DNA of 64,000 nt from NCBI GenBank assembly GCA_041649955.1, contig JBAZMD010000001.1, positions 68,079-132,078 on the forward strand. Reading direction: 5' to 3'. Positions within the stretch are counted from its first letter, which is position 1. Every line of letters starts with the position of its first letter. The notes under the pieces are model-generated. The model saw only the letters and a program-made list of their open reading frames with translations, had not been told where the DNA came from and ran no database searches. The stretch is from Patescibacteria group bacterium. Lineage in GTDB: Bacteria; Patescibacteriota; Patescibacteriia; UBA2591; JAQUPP01. Below, piece by piece: positions 8,760 to 19,256 of the stretch. Made by a program: the position numbers and the translations under genes.

Positions 8760-10340
8760 TTATTCTGATTCATTTTCATCAATAATAGAACCATCCGGAA
8801 AAGTTTCGGTTGTTGGAATTTCTATCACATTTTCCCATTTATAACCCAATTTTTCAAAAATTTCTCCTGATTTAAAAACTCTTTTACTGCCATTTTCAAT
8901 CAAATAAACCATAGCACTATCCGGATATTTTATTAAAGTTCCATTTGGCCTTGACGAAACCGGAGCGATAAATTGAAAACTATTGATCAACATTTTGAAA
9001 GTAGTCTTAAAATTCGCTTCTTTTTCAGTGCCGACATTATATGAAATCACATAAACATTTTCGCCCTTGGAAATATAAATCGTCAAATGATCCGAACTCC
9101 AAAGAGCCGGCTGATTATTGACAATAACGGCAGTTAATGAACTTTTTTCAGTTGTCGGCGATTGTTTTGAATACCAATCAATCAAAGACAATTGATCGGG
9201 ATTCTTTTCTGCAGTCGCGCTGAAAAATTCTCCGGTATTAGTAATCACTAAAACCTCTTCATTATTGGTTTCCGGAATTGCTCTGGTTATCCATGAAGAC
9301 GGATAGAAAAAACTGTAAGAAAAAGTGGAATTAGTATAAATATTGATCAAACCGGCGGCTGAAAGCTTATTCTCGCCCGTTTGCAGCGGATCGGTTAAAT
9401 TGGCTATTTCTTGGCCGTCGCTAATGCCATCGCCGTCAGTATCAGGATTATTAACGCTGGTGCGATAGATAGTTTCTTCCGTGTCGGTCAAACTGTCTTG
9501 ATCCGAATCAACAGTGGAAGAAATTTGCGGCGCTATTTGAAATATTTCCGTTTGAGGAATTGCCTTGCTTTTTGAAACAATTAAAGCAAAAGTGTCGGAC
9601 GGCAAAAGATCCAATTGAGCAATAATTAAATTATTTTCCACGTCTTGCGTACTTGATAAAGGAGTCCAAATATTATCTTTCAAATAGCCCAAAACAATAT
9701 CATTTTCCCAATTGCTTTCAACAATTTTATTATGATAAAAAGCTCTTAAGGTTGCTGATTTTTGCAAAATAAGATTAGTGGATTGAATTTTATAAGTCCC
9801 TCCAATAACCTTGTAATCATTGAATGTATTTTCATTGGTTATCGGCTCCGAGATTAATTCAATTTTTAAATTCTGGTCAACGGCTCCGGCAGGCAGATAA
9901 AATTCCAGCCAAGAAACAGTTTCGCCCGTTTGATCTTTTATCTCGGCTTTCAAAGTTTGTTCAATTGAAACATTCGCAGCCGGAACAGAGGGAGAATTAT
10001 TTTCTTCGGGCTGAGTAATGGCAGGAATTTGAGTGACAACCGGAATATTAGGATGGTAATTGGTGATCCAAAAATAAAACGCAAAACCTCCGCCGACAAT
10101 AATAATTAGAAGGCATAAAATTAAAATAAGAGATTTATTTTTATCTTTTTTGGACAATTTACGCTGAGCTTTGCGAAATTTCTCCGGCATCACATAAATC
10201 ATTTCTCCAGTGGTTCCATATTGAGTCACTTCTTCAATAATTTCCTTTTTAGCCGCAGGAGGAGGATTAGCAAAAATATCCTGCACCGCAGAAGCGTCTG
10301 TTTTTTGAGATTCCGGTTGTATAGGTGTTTCTTCTGGCAT
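8760..10340 (-). CDS. membrane-anchored surface protein with thrombospondin-type-3-like Ca-binding repeats and a C-terminal module shared with the giant protein at 30882-37808
   Basis: 526 aa. Transmembrane helix near residue 70. Asp-rich repeats DSDQDSLTDTEE and [14 protein letters not shown]-terminal segment RPNGTLIKYPDSAMVYLIENGSKRVF resembles the C-terminus of the 2308-aa protein. Confidence 0.5.
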   Translation of the reverse strand: MPEETPIQPESQKTDASAVQDIFANPPPAAKKEIIEEVTQYGTTGEMIYVMPEKFRKAQRKLSKKDKNKSLILILCLLIIIVGGGFAFYFWITNYHPNIPVVTQIPAITQPEENNSPSVPAANVSIEQTLKAEIKDQTGETVSWLEFYLPAGAVDQNLKIELISEPITNENTFNDYKVIGGTYKIQSTNLILQKSATLRAFYHNKIVESNWENDIVLGYLKDNIWTPLSSTQDVENNLIIAQLDLLPSDTFALIVSKSKAIPQTEIFQIAPQISSTVDSDQDSLTDTEETIYRTSVNNPDTDGDGISDGQEIANLTDPLQTGENKLSAAGLINIYTNSTFSYSFFYPSSWITRAIPETNNEEVLVITNTGEFFSATAEKNPDQLSLIDWYSKQSPTTEKSSLTAVIVNNQPALWSSDHLTIYISKGENVYVISYNVGTEKEANFKTTFKMLINSFQFIAPVSSRPNGTLIKYPDSAMVYLIENGSKRVFKSGEIFEKLGYKWENVIEIPTTETFPDGSIIDENESE

Positions 10341-10351
10341 AGTAAAATTAT

Positions 10352-10951
10352 TTACTTTAATTTATCAATTTCTTTTTGTAAATTCAATAACTTAGCATTT
10401 GGATTGGAATTATTCGGATCGGTATTATTTTTAATTTCTTGTCCGTCACTGATGCCGTCACCGTCAGTATCAGGTTTTAAAGGATTTGTTAAATAAACCT
10501 TAACTTCTTCTCTATCAGAAAGACCATCGTTGTCAGTATCAGATTTATTTTTATCAGTGCCCAAGGTAGTTTCTTCTTCATCAGTTAAACCGTCTCCATC
10601 AGCGTCAGGAGCCATTTCAATCGGTTTGGTAATAATTATCGGTGATATCTTGTTATCTTCCGGATTTATTTGAGGCTGACCGGTTTGATTGAGTTTTTTT
10701 ATTTTCGCCTGTTCTGTTAAACTTTTGATTTTAGGCAAAGCGTAATAATAAACTCCCGCTCCGACAATCGCAATAATGATAATAATCAAAATAACGCGAA
10801 TAAAATTTTTATTGATTTTCTTGCGATTTGATGATGAATTGCCGGAATTTTTATTTTCATCAGAAATAAAATTTTTACGTTCAACGTCTTCAAAAATATC
10901 TTCCACTTGGTTAGCGGAGTTTGGATTTAAATTTTTTATTTCGTCTGGCAT
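10352..10951 (-). CDS. membrane-anchored protein with thrombospondin-type-3-like Ca-binding repeats
   Basis: 199 aa. Transmembrane helix, then [24 protein letters not shown] and [13 protein letters not shown]. The last repeat is identical to one in the neighbouring 526-aa protein. Confidence 0.5.
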   Translation of the reverse strand: MPDEIKNLNPNSANQVEDIFEDVERKNFISDENKNSGNSSSNRKKINKNFIRVILIIIIIAIVGAGVYYYALPKIKSLTEQAKIKKLNQTGQPQINPEDNKISPIIITKPIEMAPDADGDGLTDEEETTLGTDKNKSDTDNDGLSDREEVKVYLTNPLKPDTDGDGISDGQEIKNNTDPNNSNPNAKLLNLQKEIDKLK

Positions 10952-10986
10952 AATAAATTATATTTTATAAATTTATAAAAATTCTA

Positions 10987-13900
10987 TTATTGCAAAACAC
11001 TGCCGCCTATTTCACTAGTCCATGGATCATTTTTTGTTTTCTCAATAATCGGACCATAAACAGAATTAAAACATTTAAAAGCATCTGAATTATAGCCGAA
11101 TAATTTTTGCTGGCATTTAGTCGTCCAGCCACATAAATAGTGAGTTTCACAAGTATTTCTATCCATACCACCGCAATTTGCCTGCCATTTTGAAGAATCT
11201 GTTTCAAAATTCAGATATAAACGATAATCGTCTTCACTTATGGACACATACTGATAGACAGATGAGCCAACCGGACATTCATATTTACTTGTACTTTGAT
11301 TATAACAGGTTCCGCCGCATTGGCTAGTATCGCTGCAACCGGCGCAATAACCGCTTGTCGGGTTTGAAAATTGATTAGTCGGATCATTCGGCATACTGGA
11401 AATAAATTGCCCTTGAGGATTTTTCCAAGAAGGCCATTTGGAAACGGTCATTCCTTTTATAAAACTGCCTGATTCAAGTTTCGGATAATAACCATTAGTT
11501 GATTTATAATCTGTCAGTTTTTGGTTTATTGTTTTTAAATCATAAAGACGGAATAAATCTCGCTGAATTTTTTGCTGTTCATCAGTAGTTTTATTTGTGT
11601 TAAATTGCCAATTATTAACCAATTGATTAAAAATATCAATTGTCTCAGATTTAGCGCTATCAGAATACGAGATAAGATAAATTAAACCCTCAATTTTTCC
11701 GTCATCTTTAACATTTGTTGCCCCCACATAAACCGTTCTCCCCTCTTTTACCGCTTGATAACCATTAACAATAAACGATGTCGGTGAACCGGGGTTTGGC
11801 ACATTTTTCTTATACCATTCAAAAGGAGTAAGATAATCTGGATTTTTCAAAACCTTAAGACCGATCACGTCATTGTTAGCATTATTGGTAAAAAGAAATT
11901 CTTTAACTACATTTGATTTCGTAGTATCGGTTGCAATAAGAGATGGTAAGGATGGAAAATTTTGATATTCAGTCGGTTGCGCTCCTTTTTCCAATTGAAT
12001 ATTAGTCATATGGATTACATCTTCTTTTGTGGAAGCAGTCCATAATATCCCAACCTTAATTGCGGTATCATCAGGTCCGGTGGTAAAAGTATTGGAAATT
12101 TTAGCCAAAGCGCCAGTAGAAATCGCGTTTCCGGGCCAAACTAAATTATAATATGAAGAAGCAATCTTACTTTGAACATAAATGTATGCCAAAGACGTCC
12201 CTGTTCTATTTACTAACATGGATAGAGTATACTGCGTATTTGGAGAAACCTTAATCCAATTTGTTGATATTACTCCGGGAGTGCTTTTGGATTGCTTATT
12301 CGTGACTTTTAAAACATTATAATTAGATTGTTTAACAGTTGAAATGTCTACGCTTTGATTTTTACTCCAACCATTTGTGCCATCAAACATAGCACCGTTA
12401 AAAACTAAATTTTTCTCTAAATTTCCACGGCAATATTGCAATCTAAAATGAGTTTCTGAATCTGTAAATCCCCCTTGTATCCACGGAAATTCACAAAGAA
12501 AAACTTTGGCTTGTGCCATGGCTGAAAAGCTTTTACCAATATCTGATTTGGAAGTATCGGCTGTAATCTTAGCTGTAACTTTAATCTGCGAATCACCGTT
12601 TTGATTTTGGGCCGTGGCCGTTTGCGATGAATTAGCGCTGATTGGAACTAAAACCACGTTGGGTTTTGAAGAATCCCAAGACCAAGTCCAATTATAATCA
12701 GAAACGCCGTGAATCTCGGCTCCTTTATTATCAAGAGCTTTTGTTGAAAATTTTATTGTTGAATCTTTCTTATAAAACTCCACTGATGCTGGAGAAATAA
12801 TTTTTGGTTTTCCCGGATCTGTATTTACAGGATTAACTTTTTCATCCACTTCTTCGGCGGTTATTTCCACTTTGCTTAATTTGCAAATATCCGCACCAGT
12901 GGTAAATGTCCAAGAATTATTTTCCGCCATCTCAATGCCATATTTGCTTTTTACGATATTTTCTTTACCGGCAATTTCTTCTTTACCGGAAATTTCTACT
13001 TGATAAGTGCAAGCGCCGCTGGCATCTAATAAGCCTAAACCGGAATTTAAATAAACAATGGTTTGTTTTGTGGTATTATTATCAACCGCGGAAATATCCG
13101 CTTTTAAATCATAAATAACTGTTTTTCCCGCTTCAGCTTTTTTCAGAAAAATATTTTTTAAACTATTAAAAAATCTGACAAAAATATTATTTTTCTCCAA
13201 ACTGGCTGTAGCAGGACAATATTTATACAATTTAATTGTATCTGAATTAAGCGTGGATTTGTCCATTAATTGGTCAAAAGTGGCGTAAATTACGGTATTG
13301 CGGCAAACATTACCATTAGGATAACTATTCACTACTGTCGGCTGAGTAGCGACGACTAGATGGGAACTGTCGGAAATCGGTTGTTCACCTTTTGAAGTGG
13401 TAATTGTCGTGCTCACTGTAATATCTGTTTCACCTAAATTTTTACCTTTAACAGTCGCACTCTCGTTTGGCGTACCGACAAATTCAGCGATGTTCGGCGG
13501 ATCAGCGTCACCGTCGTCCCATGACCAAGAATATTTGCTTGATTCCAAATAATTACAATTTGAAGTATAAATTTGAGGAGTGTAAACTTTGGTTTCATTT
13601 TGTAAAATTTGGTTTGTACCCGCGGAATCAAGACAAATTTTATTCAAAGGACAATCATCATTATTCGCGATAAACATCCAAGTATAATCATCTCCTTGAA
13701 CGCCATTTTTGTCTCCATCCAGTTCCAATCCGAATTTATCTTTTATGCCGTTTGATCCGCTTTTTAAAATTATGCGGTAAATTTTATTTTTTTCCAAAGA
13801 AGCAGCAGGTTTGAAATAAAAGCCATTTTTTTCAATCGTAAAAGTGCCGAGAGCTATATTACTTGTCTCATTGTCCGGACATCCAGAATTATTAAAATCA

Positions 13901-16900
13901 CTAGTGCCGCATTTTTGAATTATTATATTTTTATTGGCAGCAGTATCAGTATTATTGGTGGTATCAATCACTACTTCCCGATTAAATCGAGCCCTGATTT
14001 GCGCTTGAGTGCAAGCGTCAGTAGATTGACTGGATGGCGAAGGTGATTGATCTCCCAATTTGCATTCACTGCAACCAGATTCTTCAGATACTTGCGGCGG
14101 TCCGCCCGGAGAAACTGTCAATAAAGCGCAAGTGCGCGGCTCTGTATAAGTACATACATTATCGCCCGTCGAAGCCATAATTAAAGATTGACCAAAATCT
14201 TTGGGTTTAGCAATTGTAGATAAACCGCTTGATGGTGAAATTGTGGCAATATTTGTTTTTGCGGAAGTCCAATTAAAACTATCCACGCAAATCTGGCGGC
14301 CATTTGAATCTAAAGCTGAAGCACCAAATGTCGGTGTTTGATTTAATCCATTAACTGTTAAATCAGTCGGAATAACTTTTATTGTTGTGATACGACATGT
14401 TCCATCTCCGGTAGTAAAATCCCAAGCAGTATCGTTCATAGAAACTCCCATTTTACTTATAGCTCCGCTTCCATATATTCCTCCCTTGACCCATATTTTA
14501 TAAGTAGAATTTGGATTTAGTTGACAGCCGGAAGGATAAAAATCAGTAGTTGTTTCTTTCTTAATATTATCATCAACGCTGGTGATTCTGCCCTTAACTT
14601 GATGAGGAGCTAAAATATCTTCTTCGGTTAAAGCTTTATTATAAATACGAACTTCGTCAATAACGCCTCTAAAATTAGAGTAATAGCATGATCCAAATTT
14701 TGGATCTGGACAGAGAGAATCTGCGTAAGATTGCCGGCCGATTACCAAATTGCCGGCATTGACTAAAGATTTTTCTCCAAATGTTTTTAGTTGAATACCG
14801 TCTAATTTTCCATTAACATAAATTTTAAGATTTTCTCCGTCATAAGTTGCTGTAATGCGATAAAAAACATCTTCTGATAACCATGTTGAACCGCGTACAT
14901 TAGTAAGATCAGGATGTATTCCAGTTCCCACTACGAAACCCGGCTGCCATTGACCGGTGTTTGGGCCTTTTCTATATAAATCCAATACATAGTTATTTCT
15001 TGCCGTCATACCCTCATCCCCTTTGGCTAAAATAACCAGTCTGCCCTTGTCAGGATCAGTAGAAGTGTCTTTTTTAATTTTTATAAAAACATCTAATGTT
15101 AATTTTTGCAAATCTAAAGAAGAACTATCAGGAATAGTTATATAATCACCATCGTCGCCTAGAGCACCATCAAATTCTAAAGCTTTTCCAAATTTTCCAT
15201 TAACCCAAGCTGCTCCGGAAATTGTTCCGTCATTTAACCCTTTCGCATCTTCAACGATTAATCCTGCTCCTTTGTTAAAATGCCAAAGCGCTACCATTCC
15301 TTCTTCAAAATTAGTTTCATAACCCGGATCAACATCAGAAGACAATAATTTGATATTATCATTTAAAGAATTATGATCCATTAAATCATCGAAGGTCATT
15401 GAAACTGACGCATTTTTACAAACATTAATTTCTCCATCAGCGGGTGATTTGCTTGCATTTATTATAATTGGTTGAGGATAACAGCATTTATTCGGATCTA
15501 AGATACCGCAACCGGCGCCGGTACCGCATTGAGCATCATTTTTGCAACCGCAACAGAGACCGCGAGGATTATCCTCTGGACCCTTACAATTACCTTGATT
15601 GGCTAAACAAGTTAAACCGACAGCGCAAGAATTCTGTTGTTTAGGATTGCAGCAACAACGACAAGTGTCAGCACCGCTTAAACATTTATAAGGCGCTGAA
15701 CAACTGCCTGAATTATTCGGACAAGATACATCTTGGCATTTATCTCCGGGTTTTGGCGCTCTATGTAAAACTTCAAAAGGCAAACTATTGCTTGTCCCGC
15801 TGGAATTTTTTACCACCACATTACCCTTTTGAGCGTCAGCCGGCACAAAGACTTCTATAATTTGCGTATCAGACCAATTTGCATCTAAAAAATCAGCAAC
15901 TACTTGATTATAAAAAATTATTTTGCTGCCGTCATTTTTTGTACCGAATCTTAAACCATTAAAACTGACTTTTGTTTCGCTTGGATCGCCTTTTGGATAA
16001 CCGCTGGAAGGATTAATTGACAAAAGACACGGACCGGATGATTCACTATTATCATTAACCAAAAATTTATCCCAACTCACAGTTTCTGATTTGCTGGCAT
16101 CTCCATCATAAGTAATCCCCACTTTAACGCCCAATGAATCCGAAATATCAGTTGCCGGATCGCCAAAAACCGCAGGAATAACCGTGGTAATAAAATCCGG
16201 ACCGGATGATTCTACGATTGCATTTATTGGCCCATCTTCTCCATTTGGTCGGGACTCAGCAGGCGGAATAACCGGATATTTATCATCAAATTGAAATTTA
16301 GTTATAGTCGCCGGACGATTAGTGGTGCCAGTAAAACAGCGGCCAAAAACAGTTACGCAACTTTTTCGTGAACCGGAATCGGGCGTTACTTTATAAATTA
16401 CCGGCGAACAAGCGCATTTGGTCAAATCAGTGGTTGTAAAATCCCAATCTTTGCCGAGTTTATTTTGATCAACATCCATTATTAAATCAGTAGTTGCGCT
16501 GATATAATAAGAAGTGCCGACAGTCAAATTATTATTTAATTTAATTTCAAAAACCTTAAATTGAGTGGAAATATTTTCAATATCAGCGTCAATAACTTTA
16601 ATTTTTCCAATCGTATTTTTGCCATCTTCGGTCGTGACGGATGCTTCAATTTCTTTCGGTTTAATAGAGCCTTGGAAAACAATATTTTTTCCGATTTTAC
16701 CCTGAATCGTTACCGTATTATCGTACATACTGGTGGCGAAGCTGACGCCAATCGGTTCGTCCGGACAAACATTTTTATCCTTTGGCCAATAATCGCTGAT
16801 CCCCGGAACAATATCATTTGTTTCAAATTTCCAAGATTGCGGCGCAGCCATTGGATTACCGCATAAATCTTTAACATTGGCCACGGTGATTTTATACCAA

Positions 16901-18165
16901 GTAAACGGATCAAGTAAATTAGGATTGCTTAAAGAAACAAAAAATCCTTGATATTTATCTTTAACAATTAATATTCCATTAATTGCCGTGCCGGATTCAG
17001 CATCTCGAGAAGCTAATTTTTCTATTGTAAAACTTGTGGAAATTGGATGTCCGTCAGCATCAGCCACTGTATCAAAATCTATACTTTCGTTAAAATTCAA
17101 ATCAATAATCGGCGCTCGAGAAACCCATTGATTTGGCTTTGCCGAATCAATAGTCGGATAAGTTTTATTCAAATAAGGCGCTTCTGTGTCTACGATATTA
17201 TTAGTTTCAAAATCCCAAATAACAGTATCAGCGTTTTTTGAGCAATGATATTTTGGATTAAATCCGTTACTGCAGCCATATAAAGGAAGACTGGGAATAT
17301 AAGTATCTTTAATTGATTTTGGGACAATAACATTATATTTAGTATCCGAGTCCCATATAGTTTTAGGAGTAAATAAAACCGAACTGCCTGAAATTTTCCA
17401 AGTTCCTTCAATAGCTTTTTTATCCGCATCAGTGGCTTTAACAACTTTCAAAGTTTCGTCGGTTATTACCGCGTTTACCTCATTAGAATTTAAATTATGA
17501 TTAAAAACTGGTTTTATCTTGCTGCAGCGATAAACTTTCGCATTTGGATTTTCAACTATATTCTCTGTACTGAAAGCAGCTTCGCCGCTCTTTAAAAGTA
17601 AAGACATTGAATCGGAAGAAAAATAACAAGTATCTTCTGCTGGAATAGTACATTCGCAATTCTCATCAAATTTCATGCCTATACCATTGCCGCAGCAAGA
17701 ATCCGGCTTGCAGCACTTGCTTCCTACGCAATAAGTTGAAGGTTCGGTCACCTCCGAAAGTTTACTCATAATAAAGCTGGCAATGGCGTAAGCTAAAACA
17801 ATAATTAAAATGCCGATAATGCCGGCAATCATCAATTTTTTGGCTCCGGCAATTTTAGTTTCATCTCCACCCGAAGTCATCCATCTAAAACCGCCCATAA
17901 TTATAATAACCGCCGCCGCCAATCCGAGCACGCCTAAAACAATTCTCATTATATTACCCATGGCAGAAGGGAGGTCAGTGTTTCCATAAGTCGCATGAGT
18001 GCGAAAATTTTCCAAACCGTTATTCATTTCTTGCGCATTGGTTAAAGCCGGATTTAAAACAAAAAATAAAAATCCGGATGCCATCAATAAACATAAAAAA
18101 CCTAAAAATATATTTTTTTTAAATTGTTTTTTTTCCGCCATCCGGCGAATTATTTCAATTTTCAT
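10987..18165 (-). CDS. giant (2392 aa) cell-surface protein with an N-terminal signal peptide plus two-transmembrane TrbC/VirB2-pilin-like anchor, Cys-rich modules, Ig-like domains and a LamG/ConA-like lectin domain
   Basis: Hydrophobic segments in the first ~140 aa. Cys-rich stretches such as CCGCKNDAQCGTGAGCG. The segment WVNGKFGKALEFDG...GDYITIPDSSS is typical of the LamG/concanavalin fold. Confidence 0.65.
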   Translation of the reverse strand: MKIEIIRRMAEKKQFKKNIFLGFLCLLMASGFLFFVLNPALTNAQEMNNGLENFRTHATYGNTDLPSAMGNIMRIVLGVLGLAAAVIIIMGGFRWMTSGGDETKIAGAKKLMIAGIIGILIIVLAYAIASFIMSKLSEVTEPSTYCVGSKCCKPDSCCGNGIGMKFDENCECTIPAEDTCYFSSDSMSLLLKSGEAAFSTENIVENPNAKVYRCSKIKPVFNHNLNSNEVNAVITDETLKVVKATDADKKAIEGTWKISGSSVLFTPKTIWDSDTKYNVIVPKSIKDTYIPSLPLYGCSNGFNPKYHCSKNADTVIWDFETNNIVDTEAPYLNKTYPTIDSAKPNQWVSRAPIIDLNFNESIDFDTVADADGHPISTSFTIEKLASRDAESGTAINGILIVKDKYQGFFVSLSNPNLLDPFTWYKITVANVKDLCGNPMAAPQSWKFETNDIVPGISDYWPKDKNVCPDEPIGVSFATSMYDNTVTIQGKIGKNIVFQGSIKPKEIEASVTTEDGKNTIGKIKVIDADIENISTQFKVFEIKLNNNLTVGTSYYISATTDLIMDVDQNKLGKDWDFTTTDLTKCACSPVIYKVTPDSGSRKSCVTVFGRCFTGTTNRPATITKFQFDDKYPVIPPAESRPNGEDGPINAIVESSGPDFITTVIPAVFGDPATDISDSLGVKVGITYDGDASKSETVSWDKFLVNDNSESSGPCLLSINPSSGYPKGDPSETKVSFNGLRFGTKNDGSKIIFYNQVVADFLDANWSDTQIIEVFVPADAQKGNVVVKNSSGTSNSLPFEVLHRAPKPGDKCQDVSCPNNSGSCSAPYKCLSGADTCRCCCNPKQQNSCAVGLTCLANQGNCKGPEDNPRGLCCGCKNDAQCGTGAGCGILDPNKCCYPQPIIINASKSPADGEINVCKNASVSMTFDDLMDHNSLNDNIKLLSSDVDPGYETNFEEGMVALWHFNKGAGLIVEDAKGLNDGTISGAAWVNGKFGKALEFDGALGDDGDYITIPDSSSLDLQKLTLDVFIKIKKDTSTDPDKGRLVILAKGDEGMTARNNYVLDLYRKGPNTGQWQPGFVVGTGIHPDLTNVRGSTWLSEDVFYRITATYDGENLKIYVNGKLDGIQLKTFGEKSLVNAGNLVIGRQSYADSLCPDPKFGSCYYSNFRGVIDEVRIYNKALTEEDILAPHQVKGRITSVDDNIKKETTTDFYPSGCQLNPNSTYKIWVKGGIYGSGAISKMGVSMNDTAWDFTTGDGTCRITTIKVIPTDLTVNGLNQTPTFGASALDSNGRQICVDSFNWTSAKTNIATISPSSGLSTIAKPKDFGQSLIMASTGDNVCTYTEPRTCALLTVSPGGPPQVSEESGCSECKLGDQSPSPSSQSTDACTQAQIRARFNREVVIDTTNNTDTAANKNIIIQKCGTSDFNNSGCPDNETSNIALGTFTIEKNGFYFKPAASLEKNKIYRIILKSGSNGIKDKFGLELDGDKNGVQGDDYTWMFIANNDDCPLNKICLDSAGTNQILQNETKVYTPQIYTSNCNYLESSKYSWSWDDGDADPPNIAEFVGTPNESATVKGKNLGETDITVSTTITTSKGEQPISDSSHLVVATQPTVVNSYPNGNVCRNTVIYATFDQLMDKSTLNSDTIKLYKYCPATASLEKNNIFVRFFNSLKNIFLKKAEAGKTVIYDLKADISAVDNNTTKQTIVYLNSGLGLLDASGACTYQVEISGKEEIAGKENIVKSKYGIEMAENNSWTFTTGADICKLSKVEITAEEVDEKVNPVNTDPGKPKIISPASVEFYKKDSTIKFSTKALDNKGAEIHGVSDYNWTWSWDSSKPNVVLVPISANSSQTATAQNQNGDSQIKVTAKITADTSKSDIGKSFSAMAQAKVFLCEFPWIQGGFTDSETHFRLQYCRGNLEKNLVFNGAMFDGTNGWSKNQSVDISTVKQSNYNVLKVTNKQSKSTPGVISTNWIKVSPNTQYTLSMLVNRTGTSLAYIYVQSKIASSYYNLVWPGNAISTGALAKISNTFTTGPDDTAIKVGILWTASTKEDVIHMTNIQLEKGAQPTEYQNFPSLPSLIATDTTKSNVVKEFLFTNNANNDVIGLKVLKNPDYLTPFEWYKKNVPNPGSPTSFIVNGYQAVKEGRTVYVGATNVKDDGKIEGLIYLISYSDSAKSETIDIFNQLVNNWQFNTNKTTDEQQKIQRDLFRLYDLKTINQKLTDYKSTNGYYPKLESGSFIKGMTVSKWPSWKNPQGQFISSMPNDPTNQFSNPTSGYCAGCSDTSQCGGTCYNQSTSKYECPVGSSVYQYVSISEDDYRLYLNFETDSSKWQANCGGMDRNTCETHYLCGWTTKCQQKLFGYNSDAFKCFNSVYGPIIEKTKNDPWTSEIGGSVLQ

Positions 18166-18187
18166 AAAAAAATTTTAGGTTTAAATT

Positions 18188-18643
18188 TTAGATATTATTT
18201 AATTGTTCTTTGACTATTTGGCTGACTTGATTGCCGTCCGCTTTGCCCTTGGTTTGTTTCGCCACCAAGCCCATTACTTTGCCGAAATCCGAAGGACCGT
18301 TGGCATTGATTTCTTTAATAACATTTAAAACTATTTCTTTCACTTGATCGCCCGATAATTGTTCGGGCATATATTTAAAAAGTATTTCCAATTCTTTTTT
18401 TTCTTTGGCGGCTAATTCCGGCCGATTCCCCTTTTCATATAATTCTATCGCCTCTTTGCGTTTTTTTATTTCTCCGCCGACAATATCAACAGCCAGTTCA
18501 TCGGTTAATTCTTGTTTCTTGGGTCTTAATTCAATAGCTTTATACGCCAAGGCGGATTTTAACATACGCAAAACAGCCTTCGTGTCTTCCTCTCCTTCAC
18601 GCAAGGCTTGTTTAAAATCTTTTTCAATACGTTCGAGCAACAT
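18188..18643 (-). CDS. yqeY: GatB/YqeY domain protein
   Basis: 151 aa, helical YqeY-like sequence. Conserved rpsU-yqeY synteny as in Firmicutes. Confidence 0.8.
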   Translation of the reverse strand: MLLERIEKDFKQALREGEEDTKAVLRMLKSALAYKAIELRPKKQELTDELAVDIVGGEIKKRKEAIELYEKGNRPELAAKEKKELEILFKYMPEQLSGDQVKEIVLNVIKEINANGPSDFGKVMGLVAKQTKGKADGNQVSQIVKEQLNNI

Positions 18644-18815
18644 ATTTACCTCATTGGGGCGAGGATTATGTCGCTAAGAAAAGTGTCTTCCGCCAAAGGG
18701 CGGATAAACTCCGGGCGAGTAGTTCGCCAGCTGGGGCGGAGAGCCCGAGAGCCAAGCGACAATTTTCCCGCTGGGAAAATTGATCGTGTCTTTTCGTGCG
18801 ACTAATCCGAACCTT
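18644..18815 (-). promoter_or_regulatory. GC-rich ~172-nt structured spacer between rpsU and yqeY, candidate attenuator or cis-regulatory RNA
   Basis: Minus-strand hairpins CAATTTTCCC-AGC-GGGAAAATTG and TTCCGCC-CTTTG-GCGGAA followed by CTTTTCTT. CCTC...GAGG can sequester the yqeY SD (GAGG). Local GC is far above the flanking sequence. Confidence 0.3.
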
Positions 18816-19034
18816 TTACTTAATTTTACCAAGTTTTCTTAAATATTCCATTTTCTCGCGAGACGATTTTCTGCACAAAGCGCTTGCTCTGCGAAGAAGC
18901 TTGCTTTGCGGTTTAACATAAAATTGGCCTTTTTTGGCAAGGTCAAGCACGCCGCTTCTTTTAATGCGTTCGCTGAATCTTCTTAAAAAAATATTTAAGG
19001 ATTCGTTTGGTTTTCTTTTAAGTTCAATACTCAT
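18816..19034 (-). CDS. rpsU: 30S ribosomal protein S21
   Basis: 72 aa basic protein, MSIELKRKPNESLNIFLRRF...KSSREKMEYLRKLGKIK. Confidence 0.85.
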   Translation of the reverse strand: MSIELKRKPNESLNIFLRRFSERIKRSGVLDLAKKGQFYVKPQSKLLRRASALCRKSSREKMEYLRKLGKIK

Positions 19035-19070
19035 ACTTTATATTATAATATATAATAATTAAAAAGCAAG

Positions 19071-19215
19071 CCCCACCACATGGAAATTATTGTTTTTCTG
19101 TAAAATTACGATTTAATAAGTATAAATTAAAAAAAATATTTTAGTTAGATATTTGAAATTATTAAGCATATAAAAAAACAAGAGAACAGTAATTTTAATA
19201 ATTTCCTTGTGGTGG
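19071..19215. repeat. long-loop inverted repeat IR-1 (arms CCCCACCACATGGAAATTA / TAATTTCCTTGTGGTGGGG, ~107-nt AT-rich loop)
   Basis: 18 of 19 complementary arm positions. Sits between the rpsU start and the Na/Pi transporter stop. Confidence 0.4.
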
Positions 19216-19256
19216 GGCAAGCCTATTCTAACACATATTTTTATAGACGGGAAGAA

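Noticed and set aside
7939-10340. mreB expected upstream of mreC
   Set aside because: The gene upstream of mreC is a TSP3-repeat surface protein, not an actin-like ATPase. mreB is simply not in this window.
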